Source: Setoptus koraiensis (lineage: Eukaryota; Animalia; Arthropoda). Taken from it: a stretch of DNA of 64,000 nt. The position numbers and the translations under genes were made by a program. This document shows positions 49,104 through 60,570 of the stretch, piece by piece. The notes below the pieces were generated by a model. That model was not told where the DNA came from. It searched no databases and was given only the letters and a program-made list of their open reading frames with translations. How positions within the stretch are numbered: position 1 is the first letter of the stretch; each line of letters starts with the position of its first letter. Location: contig CM106585.1 of NCBI GenBank assembly GCA_048013815.1, positions 9,424,001 through 9,488,000 on the forward strand. The letters run 5' to 3'.

Positions 49104-52100
49104 TTATTGTGATTGGGACTCCTCCCTGGATTCATCGGACAGAAGCTTGAATAAAAGCTTGTTATCGATAACTTTAGTTGGCAAGACAAACTGTTAAGAA
49201 TGTTAGTAGAAGAGACAATAAATTTTACATTAGTAATTGCCAAATCGATAGTACCAGTTCAAATTTATCTTACACTTGAACCTACCTTAACAATATCTTC
49301 ATTTGGTATCTTTTCTAATTTGATTTCTTTGACTAGTCTAGACATTACACGACGAAACTCCGATTCAATAATACCCTCTTTGAGAGTTTCCTTTTCAAAG
49401 TCTGTCGATTTATTCATCTCAGACACTGTATCTGCGGATGAATCCGAGTTGACATGATGTTTTGCCCATTCAACCATAACTTGAAATTTTTTAGTCTCAC
49501 TTATTTGCAGTGTTTTTCTAGTAAGGATGGACATGAGCATTGATTCGCTCAATTGCAGGTACTCTTTCCTCGCAAATAGCTCTTCTGCTATTGGATCAAT
49601 GTAATTCATGATTGAATTAAGTAACTGCATTGCAGTTATGTATCTCCATGTATAGTTTTCTAATTCATTTAACATTTTGGGTGCCGCACTCAATCGCATG
49701 TGTGTATTTGCGTGATGGAAACACGCGTGGAGTAGATCTGGAAGGTCATAATGCTGGAATGAGACAATAGATTAGAAGAGATGAGTTATTGGATCTAACA
49801 GGAAAGTAATTGAAGAGTATCGGTTGTCAGGATGAAACTCACCTCAGCCGCGCATATTAGACCAGGTATTGTATCATACGATAGCTTACATTGGCCATTG
49901 TGAATGTACTCGATAGTTTGTTGAAATACTTCCGCATCGAATTCAATAATATTGAACTGGAAAGAAATCAGCGTTAGGAATAATGTGACAATTAGTAGAG
50001 GGTGGGCCTTTACCGATGGCTAAATTCGAAAATCTCCAATACTTACTTCTTTCTGGGCAAGACGTTCATGGTCTATTTTGGCGATCTCTTTGCACAGAGC
50101 GAAGTTGGTCAGATCAACCTTGGCGTGATTTTGATCCACTTTGATATGCATAAAATCATTTTTAGATTGCTTGATATTACCTCCCCAACCAGACCTGAAT
50201 TCAGAAAAGTCAATAGGTATGTCAGTGAGGTTGAACTATATGAGTGAGATATCCTGGGGTGAGGAAGTTTGAAACTCACCAGTTTCCTGATACAAGACGG
50301 TTGAATGCTTGCTTGAACACACCGGTACCGCTTGTGCTTGGCACCGTTAAATAATTGGGTTTTTGTGCCATTGATTTAGTCAAATTAGGTATCATAGATT
50401 GACGCCGCTCTTTCTCTCCTATATAGATTGGAGAATAAAAAAAAAACAAAGATTTGAAATAATTACGCAATAATATTCATGAGACTCCCACTATTTATAC
50501 ACACACATACTTACCACTGCGCTTGTTCAAATCCAATCCAACGCTGCCCCTCTTGGCTAGATTAGTCTTAGTAATTCCACTTGGTATATCTTTACTCATG
50601 GTTAAGGGTTCACCTCCGAGAGCCTTCATCTCGATAGCTCTAAGACTGTTCATTTGATTTTGCAGGCTAGATGAAGCGCTACCAGGAGGTACAAAACCAT
50701 ACAACATTTCCAAAAATGTTCTACTCCTTATGGCCAATATAGCTCGAACACCATATACTTGTCTGATCTTATTCTCCGAGCTGTTTTTCCCTTGCTTCTC
50801 CCATACATTAAATACAACATTGCAACAAATATCTCGGCTGGGACCACAAAACGCAACGTGGAAATCTTTAGCTAATTGATCATAATCTTCAAAGTAGTCT
50901 TTCATTGAATCTTCTAGCGGACTCGAGGCCCTCGTATGACCTAAGGGTCTCCATGAACCTCGCCTATATGGCTTTGGTATTTGCCCAGTAACCAAGTGAT
51001 TAGCTAAGTTAGCAATAATATCTTCGAGCATCTGACTCCTTGTCCTATCCTGCATTCTTGCGAATTTTGGCGCAGAATAGCTCGCTCTTTCACCATTGAC
51101 TATTTTGACCATCAACCATTCCCTGAAAAAATCAGACTGAAAGATTATACACAGTTAAAATTAATTAGATTCTGAACTAATCTCAAGATGGAAATATAAT
51201 CTATTCACCTAGTGTAACTTACTTTCTCAAACTGGTGTTGCTCACTTAGATACGGTTTAAATGCATGTTGGACTTCGTTTCTGCAAACGCAACTTACAAT
51301 ATATTTGCGTTTCTCATCTGGCTGAACAGGCTTTGGAGATGTCCTGACGATTATAAAGGTGTGTAAAAAATAGGATTTGATGCAACCTGGCCAGAAAAGG
51401 TCATCACTCTGTAAATTGATTAAAGTACAATATAACAATTTGGATTAAAATAGATTCTACGAGGTAGATGAATATTAATATTTTAAGCAGTGAATTTGAA
51501 TGAAACTAACCTCGATGAATGCAACGCAAACAATGTCGTTACCTATATGGCGTTTCTTTTGAAGTTTCTGTGGGTCATTTTCTTCGTGGGGTAACATTGT
51601 CGACACATGAAACATTATCTCTATATTGCGCCATAATGTGTAAACCGATTCGTAGCCAGTGAGGTTGTGGACTGTATCTAATCCTCCTTTATACCTATCA
51701 AAACCCTTCAACTTTATACGGTCTCCCAAAATATCGAGAAATTCCGCGAACAAGGGCGACTCTTCTTTGTTACCTAGAATCGCTTCCTCGCTGTTTGCTT
51801 GTTTTTCTTTGATGTATATAACTCCTACCTTCAACTCTGATTTGATAAACATGTGGTCAAGCTTGAGGAGCTCGTCTGGTGTTGATGGAAGCTGCCCCAG
51901 CATGAGCGGTGGTTTCAATTTCGCTATCTCACTCAATTCTCTAACTATAGCCTCACGATCATAGCGATCCGCACAAATGGTACTGGCAGGTATGGTTCCG
52001 TGCAAAGTGTATGAAACTGTCCTAAGCAAAACATGGAAATGGTCTCGTTGATTGTTTACTTCCTGTTTCAAACTTAACATGACAGGACCTAACATATCGT

Positions 52101-52893
52101 CATTAGTGAAGTAGTTCCAATGTTCTCTTCCGTAGTAGTGCTTCTCATAATTTTCTTCTTCAAATGATATCAATTCAAGCATTGTGTCTTCTTTAGTCTG
52201 TGCTGCATTACGATTTCTCCCCTGAACCTCCGAATTATACTGATAATTGTTGGCTAAATAGGATTTATAATCGACTGTATAGCCGCTCGCCGAGGTATTC
52301 CTACTGGAGTAATTCATTCCAAAAGACGGTGAAGGGGTCTCTGAGTTGAAATTCTTAAGTAATTCTGGTGCAGGAAATTGATTAGATGTGCTGGTATCAC
52401 TGAAATCTATTATTAAATCTGGCGAGGCGGTCTCCTTGTTGGACACCTCCTTGTGAGCAACTTTATTTTCCGGAGTTTTAGTTTTATCATTACTGTTGCT
52501 GCTGATGATGTTATTGTTTGTGCTTTTGGCCGTTTTTGCATGATGATGGCTATTAATACTATTTGTATCATCAATATCATCTAAAGATATCTCCACCGAT
52601 GCAGCTGATTCTATACTATCCATTCGTCCCGAATCTGGACGTACTTTTTCCTGTCTTGATATCGATGGTAGGTACGAGGCAGTAGATTGGTTCAATGATG
52701 GCTCGGTTATAGTTATATTTGGAGTCCCTCGTCGGGGCTTGTGAAGATCTATATCATCTCTTGTCATTGTTCGTTTGTTGCGCCTTTTTTTCATTGACGA
52801 AGTCATGACACTCCCTCGAGTCGTTTTCGAGATTGCGCCACCCTGACCATCGTCATAAGATCCCTGCTGTTTTATGGCAGGTTGTTTAGGATT
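49104..52893 (-). CDS. rad: Radish-like RapGAP + BTB + BACK protein, 5'-truncated by the assembly gap
   Basis: Exons (gap)52893-51511, 51408-51223, 51136-50515, 50418-50280, 50194-50047, 49956-49843, 49753-49286 and 49190-49104, all phase-consistent. RapGAP motifs YKGGLD and QKKRHIGND; TGQIPKPYRRGSWRP; BTB (VRAILAIRSRTF; FNIIEFDAEVF; GLICAAEHYDLP); BACK (LSESML..ETKKFQVMVEWA). Confidence 0.88.
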
Positions 52894-53393
52894 NNNNNNN
52901 NNNNNNNNNNNNNNNNNNNNNNNNNNNNNNNNNNNNNNNNNNNNNNNNNNNNNNNNNNNNNNNNNNNNNNNNNNNNNNNNNNNNNNNNNNNNNNNNNNNN
53001 NNNNNNNNNNNNNNNNNNNNNNNNNNNNNNNNNNNNNNNNNNNNNNNNNNNNNNNNNNNNNNNNNNNNNNNNNNNNNNNNNNNNNNNNNNNNNNNNNNNN
53101 NNNNNNNNNNNNNNNNNNNNNNNNNNNNNNNNNNNNNNNNNNNNNNNNNNNNNNNNNNNNNNNNNNNNNNNNNNNNNNNNNNNNNNNNNNNNNNNNNNNN
53201 NNNNNNNNNNNNNNNNNNNNNNNNNNNNNNNNNNNNNNNNNNNNNNNNNNNNNNNNNNNNNNNNNNNNNNNNNNNNNNNNNNNNNNNNNNNNNNNNNNNN
53301 NNNNNNNNNNNNNNNNNNNNNNNNNNNNNNNNNNNNNNNNNNNNNNNNNNNNNNNNNNNNNNNNNNNNNNNNNNNNNNNNNNNNNNNNNNNNN
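52894..53393. other. Assembly gap (500 N)
   Basis: Run of N. Confidence 1.
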
Positions 53394-53741
53394 GTGTATG
53401 AAAAAATCACGCTCTGTGAGTAATTGCGATTCTGGGCCCCAGAATCTGGGATTCGACTCAGCATTTTTTCCTGTTTTTTTTTTACCCATTTTATTTTTTT
53501 CTCGTGACTCTACCGAACTTCAGACCGGAAGTTTGGTTGATGGACAACAACGGGGACTCCAGAATTCGAGATTTCCGCGGTGGAGGGGCGTGTTGGACGG
53601 AATCGGGGGCGATCTAGGCACTCATCTAATGGATCCCTATTGGATAAGAAAACGATTATGACTCTGACATCAATTTGAAATTTTATCCCAAAAATGCAAC
53701 AACTTCTGGTAAAGTTGGAAAGCTTTACGCGTCTGGCCTAG

Positions 53742-54011
53742 TGTGCCGGTAGAAACTCAATGGTTTAGACCACTTTCTGCCATTTCTGCCATTTCTGCCA
53801 TCTCTTCCGTTTCTGCCAAACGGAAGAAATGGTTTATACTCTGGCAGAAAGTGGAAACTCGACTTTCTGCCACTTTCTTTCCTCCATGGTCGAAATGGAA
53901 GAAAATCGGGGTTTTCAAACCGTTTCTACCGTTTCTGCCATATTGGTAGAAAGTGGCAGAAAGTCCGTGTGGTTTAAACCACGAGTTTAAACCATTTCTA
54001 CCGGCTCACAA
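53742..54011. mobile_element. 270-bp MITE (non-autonomous DNA transposon) with imperfect TIRs and an 11-bp target-site duplication
   Basis: GTCTGGCCTAG flanks both sides (53731-53741 and 54012-54022). The left end TGTG-CCGGTAGAAA..ATGGTTTA matches the reverse complement of the right end TAAACCATTTCTACCGGCTCACA. Internal TTTCTGCCA repeats occur in both orientations. Confidence 0.85.
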
Positions 54012-54544
54012 GTCTGGCCTAGAAATCCTCTTTTCTATGATGGCGTTCGTTGAACGTATCGTTGCACGCAATGAGAAATCAATTGTGAGAGAGAAAAAAA
54101 AGAGTTGAAACATTTACCAAAACAGTCTGCGGTTAAATGTGCATTTCGAAGCATCGCTAGCGCCTCGAGTGGAGCTTGTTTACACTTGAGTGGGGGCATG
54201 TGCGACAAGCTAGTCCGCTACTGATACCTATGGGCAGAGTCCATTACAAATCCGAAAGAGCGTCGCTGCACGCTTTCCTCTGTGAGCGAGCAGTTGGTAG
54301 CGCTCACTACATGGTCACCTGAAATGCTCATGCCCCTGGTGGACTTCTATCAAACTAAGCACGTATAAGTTGCAAGTAACAATATTACAGATGTGAACAA
54401 TCTTTTCACCATGATCTCGCCTCAAAATAAAAACTCTCTTGTATGGCCTCCCGGTCGGCTGGCACACTATCTACGTATGTATTAAAAAACTCTCTGTTAT
54501 AATATTAGCTGCACTAAATCATCTCACTCATTATTATAATAATT

Positions 54545-54814
54545 ATGGGAATCTGGTCCTACATATGGCCGTTTGAGAAGAAATTCGAAGACATCCCTTG
54601 CGCGAGAGAATCGTGCATATATGCTCAATTAGGCGGTGTTGCAACTGGAGCTATCCACTTTATGTTTACCAGTCATGTTAGACGATCATGTCATGTGGCT
54701 GTTGGCTCAGGAATACTAATACTATGGATCTCCTTCTTTGTATGCCGCTACCAAGATGCAAAGTTTAGGATTAAATCGAAAGCCTTCGAGGACGCTATGA
54801 AATCCATAAAATAA
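54545..54814 (+). CDS. COX20: Cytochrome c oxidase assembly protein COX20
   Basis: IPCARES..Y..GG..G..FMFTS followed by a second TM and CRYQ, the COX20/FAM36A pattern. Confidence 0.88.
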   Translation: MGIWSYIWPFEKKFEDIPCARESCIYAQLGGVATGAIHFMFTSHVRRSCHVAVGSGILILWISFFVCRYQDAKFRIKSKAFEDAMKSIK

Positions 54815-54895
54815 GAAAACACACTTTATTTCATTTAGTCAGATGATATGCCAGTTTATAATTTATATCGTATCATATTTATTAGAACAATAATT

Positions 54896-57534
54896 TCAGT
54901 TTTGGTGTCTCAATTTGTGTTTCAACATCGATCTTGGACAATGTGTAGAAAATTTGCATGCGTCGCAGAAAATTTCTTCAGTGAAGTGATCGATTGTAAT
55001 GTATTGACGACATTCAATACATTTCGTAACTTTCTTAGCATTGGTTATAATAACTGATTTATCAGGTAAGATAGCATCAGTTCTTAACATCCTGGACATG
55101 AACTCAATGATCTTGCTTGAGGTATAACTGACTCCAGGCACCGCAGGCGTATTCCTGTTTACATCATCTAAACTCGCTTGGGGGAGAGGTTTTCGTCTAG
55201 GATTTTCAATCAGATTGGGTTTGCCACCCTCTAAAAATTGTGAGCTCACAGATCCTCTAACATGAATCATTTGATGATCATCCTCATCGCTACTACCGTT
55301 AATTATTGAGTCTGAAGGGCTTTCGCTGGAAGATTTCTCGTAATCACTAGTGTTCTTAAGATTTGGTTTCTTGTTAGCAACAAAGAGTTCCATAAGTAAG
55401 GCTTTGACGCAAAACTTTTCTAGTTCAGGGGTGATAACGTTAGTTTGAATCTCTACATCGGGATCGGGCACTTTTAATGGATTATGCGATTCTCTCTTAT
55501 GGTCCGCCAATTCTTGTTGGGATAAGAATGTACAACAACAATTACTACACGAATTAGTACGTGACAAAGCATAATGCATATTCATGTGATCGTGGATAAT
55601 TTCAGACAGTTCTTTCATGTTGCTGGAATCTCTTATCGTGAAACTTCTCAAACAAAGAGGGCATATCACGGACAGTTTAGATTTGTGGACCTGAATGAAT
55701 AAAGAGAGAAAATAATTGTTAGCGCAACTAGATTTTCAAATGTCCATCGATTAGTATCAGCATTATCAGTTGCACTCACCTCCTGAAAGTGTATGAAAAC
55801 GAGACGCTGATAGGATGTAGCAAATTTGCACAAGGGACAGCGATAAGGAACTTCTGATTCGAAATGGAGTCTTCGCATATGTTGCAAGTAGGTGGCTCTA
55901 TCACTCAACTGCATGCAACATATACGGCACCCATATAATGTAGTATGAATGTCTGCACGAAATATGTCATAGTGATCGTTTAAAGCTTGCTTATCCATAA
56001 GACGAAAGCAGTGTTTGCACTCGAATATGCCATTCCTCCCTATGAAACTGTTTTGTCTAGATTCCATTCTATTTTTTTCGACATGAACTATATGATGTTT
56101 GGCGAATTGGAAATTATTAAGATATGTGAAGCATAAATGACATTTAAATCGTACATCAGGTTCTGGGCAGGCAATGGCATTGGTGGGTTCTTTCTTGACT
56201 GGCACATTGGTAGCATAGAAGTAATGTTCAGCGAATATCTGATTCTTATCGTCTTTATCATCTGAAGTAAAAGCTTCCTCGACCATTTCGGCAGTTGTTA
56301 TTGTTTCCTCTCCATTAACTGGAAGTGCTGGCTCAGAATACCAATCAGAACTATCGCCATACCGGGACATGTGACTGATTATATTCGTGAATGCATCAAA
56401 GGGTGTGGTGCCAAATATCTCTCTCCACTGAAGCTCGGCAAGCACTAGCTTGAGGCCCTCGTTAGTTATCGAATTAGAATCGAAATCTTTGAAAATGTGT
56501 GCTAGCTGACAGATGGCATAACCAAAGGCGGAATCGACGTCGAATGCTCCATTTTTTGACATCATTGATCGTCTATTTACTATGGTAACTTTGAGATTGT
56601 TGACACTTCTAAGTGCCAGAAATTTCTCTTCTGCTGTCCTTATCTCAGTACCAGGAGCAAACCAATGTTCAGTCAGTTCAGTATACGAGTACCTTGATTG
56701 CCCGGGGATATGTAGCCCCAAACGTACAAGATTAGATTTAGAACTCTTAGCACATAAAATGTAAACGTCGCGGAATTTCATCGACACTAGATCAACCGGC
56801 AAATCAGGCTTGCTATGTAAGGTGACTTGGTGATCTTCAAGTGCCGTCCTGCAGACATTTTGGAACCTGCGCCAAATGAGATCCATAGTTTCGCAGTCCA
56901 GCTTTAGTTTTGGTTGAAGTTCGTTTCGATGAGTTGCAGTTGCCCAATAATAAACTGCAAACAACAATTTACTAATACTTATATTTTCAAATCCACGAAA
57001 GAATGAGGGTCTTTGGATGGGCATAGAATAATTTGTGCAATAACTGGTCTTGGTACAGGCCCAACAGTATTGAGATTGGCACTGATCATATGTCAACATC
57101 ATCTGCCTAGAGCATTGTTTACAAGTTGGAATTTTAGTCAAGTTCTTTCTGATCATCCAGCTGGCAGGGTTTTCTTTGAATTTTGTGTTGACCAAATGAG
57201 AGTCCAGTATTGATAGAGATCGGGCCATGTCTTCGAAATTTGCAGGCCATTTAATAGAAACAGGTCTTAGGAGAGAGTGCTTATCAGGGTATTTATTAGT
57301 GCCCATAGATTTGAAATGTACCATGTAATCACATATGGCTTCAAAGCGGTTGACGTCAATATCTTGGAAACAAGTGAACACAGTCCTAATTGATGATGTA
57401 ATCAGTAGCGTATTGCTACGTCTCATATGAAGAGCGGCCTTTTCAAGTTCCTCGCTAGTAATCGCATCCACCTCACTGAGGTCATCATTAGCACATTCAT
57501 TATTGGTCAGGGATTCTATGCAAACCAGTCCCAT
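54896..57534 (-). CDS. ZNF280/POGZ/Row-type C2H2 zinc-finger protein with an N-terminal inactive IS1595/Merlin (ISXO2)-like transposase domain, ~849 aa
   Basis: Exons 57534-55780 (GAG|GTGAGT) and 55690-54896. Finger array CHLC..CKHC..CRICC..PYRCPLCKF..FQEVH..ICPLCL..CSNC and terminal CIEC..CDACKFST. The N-terminal half carries ISXO2-like signatures. Confidence 0.85.
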
Positions 57535-58858
57535 AGTGGCGGCTGACTCTTTGCGTGTGTTTAACGAGGTATCTTGTTGATAACCGTCTATGATGTAATC
57601 GTATCATAAATGTTAAATGAAACGTTTGATCTATGGGTGAATTTTAAAATCAGATTTCTCGACCATTGATAAGAGAAACTTGGATGGTCGCTGAAACCGC
57701 CAGAAAAGACGATTGTACTACACACATGGACCAACGTTGGAGTCACGAACATGGACGTGAAGGAAAGGTCTTCTGTCTGTCATAGAATATGGCGGGTTAT
57801 TCAAATGAAAAAAATTGTGCCATCGGGGTAAAATTCAATCTCTCCCTTGTATCCCCCTCCCTTTCCACGAGTTACGTATCAACTATCGAGGATGCAACAC
57901 ACCTTTTCTGCACCTGTCTAAAATGTCGTCTAACCATAACTGTTTCTATCATAATGATTTCCTTTAATTGATGGAGTTTTGAAGCCTGTCAGAATATTAA
58001 TTTAGACGTGAATATTTACACTCACATTCGGATATTCACACGATTCGGTCACACCCTTGTACTGAGTGAACTCTTTCCAATATCCTTCTGCAAAGTTCAT
58101 TTTTATTCCGCCAGGAGCGCGCAGAGCGTGTTTGGATGCATATGCAAACCCACAGTGTTACGTTAAATGTTCCTATCATACATGTAAAATGTGTCCGCTG
58201 AGGACAAGCTACTGTTGCGCTAACTTACCTCACTCGCTCAGCTCCTCGCGCATTACTCACGCTGCTTATGAAAATCCAAATACGCTGCCCTGGCGAAATT
58301 AAAATGAACTACGCAAGGGAATATTGGAAAATGGTCACCCAGCGTTAGGGTGCTGATCATTGACCTGTAAGGTTGCTTTACAAGTGCAACAGGTGTCTGG
58401 TAACGAATGACTAATTATTGTCTGAAATTGTAAACATACATTACAGTAAGTTGTGAGCTCGGTGTTTATACTGTACACGTTTGACTTGGTTGAAGAGCCT
58501 TGGTAGAATCTAACAGCTATTTTAAAGAGTATATCCATAAATCATACGATGATTTTAATTTAATTGATACGATTATTCTTGATCAGGGTATACACCAGGA
58601 AGATGCATACAAGCTATTATTGGGGACCCATACATTAAACAATCTCAATTTCATTGACCAAGACTTTGTTGGTTAGGGAATCTTCACACATCAATAATCA
58701 ATCGAATCAATTGATTGACGACTAGAAAAAACATTCGTATTTGAGCTAGATGAACGTTATTTGGCACTTATTGTATCGATAGAGAACATTCCTGGTTTTT
58801 GCATTTAGAACAAACTTATTCAAAATAGCTGAAGAGAGGATCTCATTGGAGCAATATA

Positions 58859-59992
58859 ATGACTTTGCTACTCGTGTATGCTTCATACTTAATCAGCTTA
58901 CCGCTATTCTGTTTAGCTAATCCATCGATAACCTACATTAGTAAAGATCAGATAGTCGACATTGGAGATGAAATAGAAATCAAGTGCAATCTCATTGATG
59001 TTGAAGGCTACCAAATAGGTTGGACAAGGACTCATCCGAACTCTGAGACCAGACAGGCCACAACTATAGCTCGTGGAGCGAGTATAGATGTGCCAGACAA
59101 CAGATTCTCTGCCAACTACAATAATCGAAACGGATCATATCAGTTAAAAATAAATCAAGTCAACGAGAACGATGCTGGAAACTATCAATGTCAAATAATA
59201 GTTTCTGGCACTGGTAGTTCTCAGACAGCCAGAACAAATATCTTTGTAAGAATACCTCCAACAATATCAGACAACAGCACTAGAAGTATTATCACTTCTG
59301 TCGGACTTGACGTACAGATGCAATGTTACGCGAACGGGTATCCCAAACCTACCATTAGTTGGCGCAGGAATAAAAACATTCTAATAGCAATCAACGGCGG
59401 TGTTGCAATCTTCAGAGGGAGACAATTGAATCTAAATAATGTAACAAAACATGACAGGGGTACCTATTATTGTGTGGCAGACAATGGTGTTAGTCCAGGG
59501 GCTAGGCGAGGTATCAGTGTCGAGGTTGAATTCAAGCCTGATGTTCGAGTTGGTCAGCCACGATACGAGCAAGCGTTGCAATATGATGCCGACTTACACT
59601 GTACTGTAGAGGCCTTTCCATCACCGTCAATTATCTGGCTCAAGGATGGTCAAGAGTTGAATAATAATCAACATTATTCTGTAGCAATATTTGATACTTC
59701 TAACGAGCTGTCCCATACGACTTTGCGAGTCAAAAAAATAGAGAAAAGACAATATGGAGTATATGTTTGCAGAGCTGCTAACAAATTTGGCTACAGTGAG
59801 GCCGAAGTACTTCTTGACGAGACTCCAAATGTTATATGCCCGCCGGCTTGTGACGGTCCCAATTATTTGATCTCATCAGGAATCTCCTCAACCTTCGTCG
59901 GATCATATCATTCATACTTGATGGTACCAATTTGCAGCCTGACTGTTACTTTACTGTTGAATTTATCAATGTTTTACAAGTATTGGTACTAA
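58859..59992 (+). CDS. Lac: Lachesin (three Ig domains, probable GPI anchor), single exon
   Basis: PPTISDNSTRS, CYANGYPKPTISWRR, DRGTYYCVADNGV and ISVEVEFKP; signal peptide and hydrophobic C-terminus. Confidence 0.9.
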   Translation: MTLLLVYASYLISLPLFCLANPSITYISKDQIVDIGDEIEIKCNLIDVEGYQIGWTRTHPNSETRQATTIARGASIDVPDNRFSANYNNRNGSYQLKINQVNENDAGNYQCQIIVSGTGSSQTARTNIFVRIPPTISDNSTRSIITSVGLDVQMQCYANGYPKPTISWRRNKNILIAINGGVAIFRGRQLNLNNVTKHDRGTYYCVADNGVSPGARRGISVEVEFKPDVRVGQPRYEQALQYDADLHCTVEAFPSPSIIWLKDGQELNNNQHYSVAIFDTSNELSHTTLRVKKIEKRQYGVYVCRAANKFGYSEAEVLLDETPNVICPPACDGPNYLISSGISSTFVGSYHSYLMVPICSLTVTLLLNLSMFYKYWY

Positions 59993-60570
59993 CCCATTCA
60001 TTTTTAGTTATAGTTATTTTAATTTAGAGCGAAAATTGTGTACAAAATACTGTATTCTAGGCCATACTGATTCCTACCCTTCTCATCTCTAAGGAGTTAG
60101 GTTTCACTAGGATTTGGGAGTGAGGCAATACCAGTACTTACCGTTATTATCAAGACGATAACCATAATAAGAAGCTTGAACATGTAAATTCTACTTAACG
60201 TGTATGACACTAATTTGTTGCGATAGTATATCTTCAAATGAAGCTACTGCTCGATTTCACTCAAGAAACCAAGAGATAGAATAGAAAAAGAGTATCCCCC
60301 GATGCTAATTTGAAGTGTCAATTCTATGTCACAGATAAACATATATTTTGCCTAACTTCGATATATCAACGTTCCAATCTTATTTATTGAATTCGTTTTT
60401 ACATTTATGAATAAGTTCTCCGTCTCGTATAGTTAGCTCTCGCTCCCGCATTCGATGGCACAATATGCAAATATTATAGTTATATAATCAATACAGATAG
60501 AAATTTCATTTCTTGATTAGATATTTTAGACCACTGCGCGTCATATACATATGATAGTTTGAATCGTAGT

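Noticed and set aside
49265-51115. Stand-alone BTB/BACK (serine-enriched protein-like) gene
   Set aside because: Exon 51136-50515 begins with the C-terminal helix of the RapGAP domain and splices in phase to the upstream RapGAP exons, so it is one gene.
52872-53661. ORFs spanning the N run
   Set aside because: Artefacts of translating Ns.
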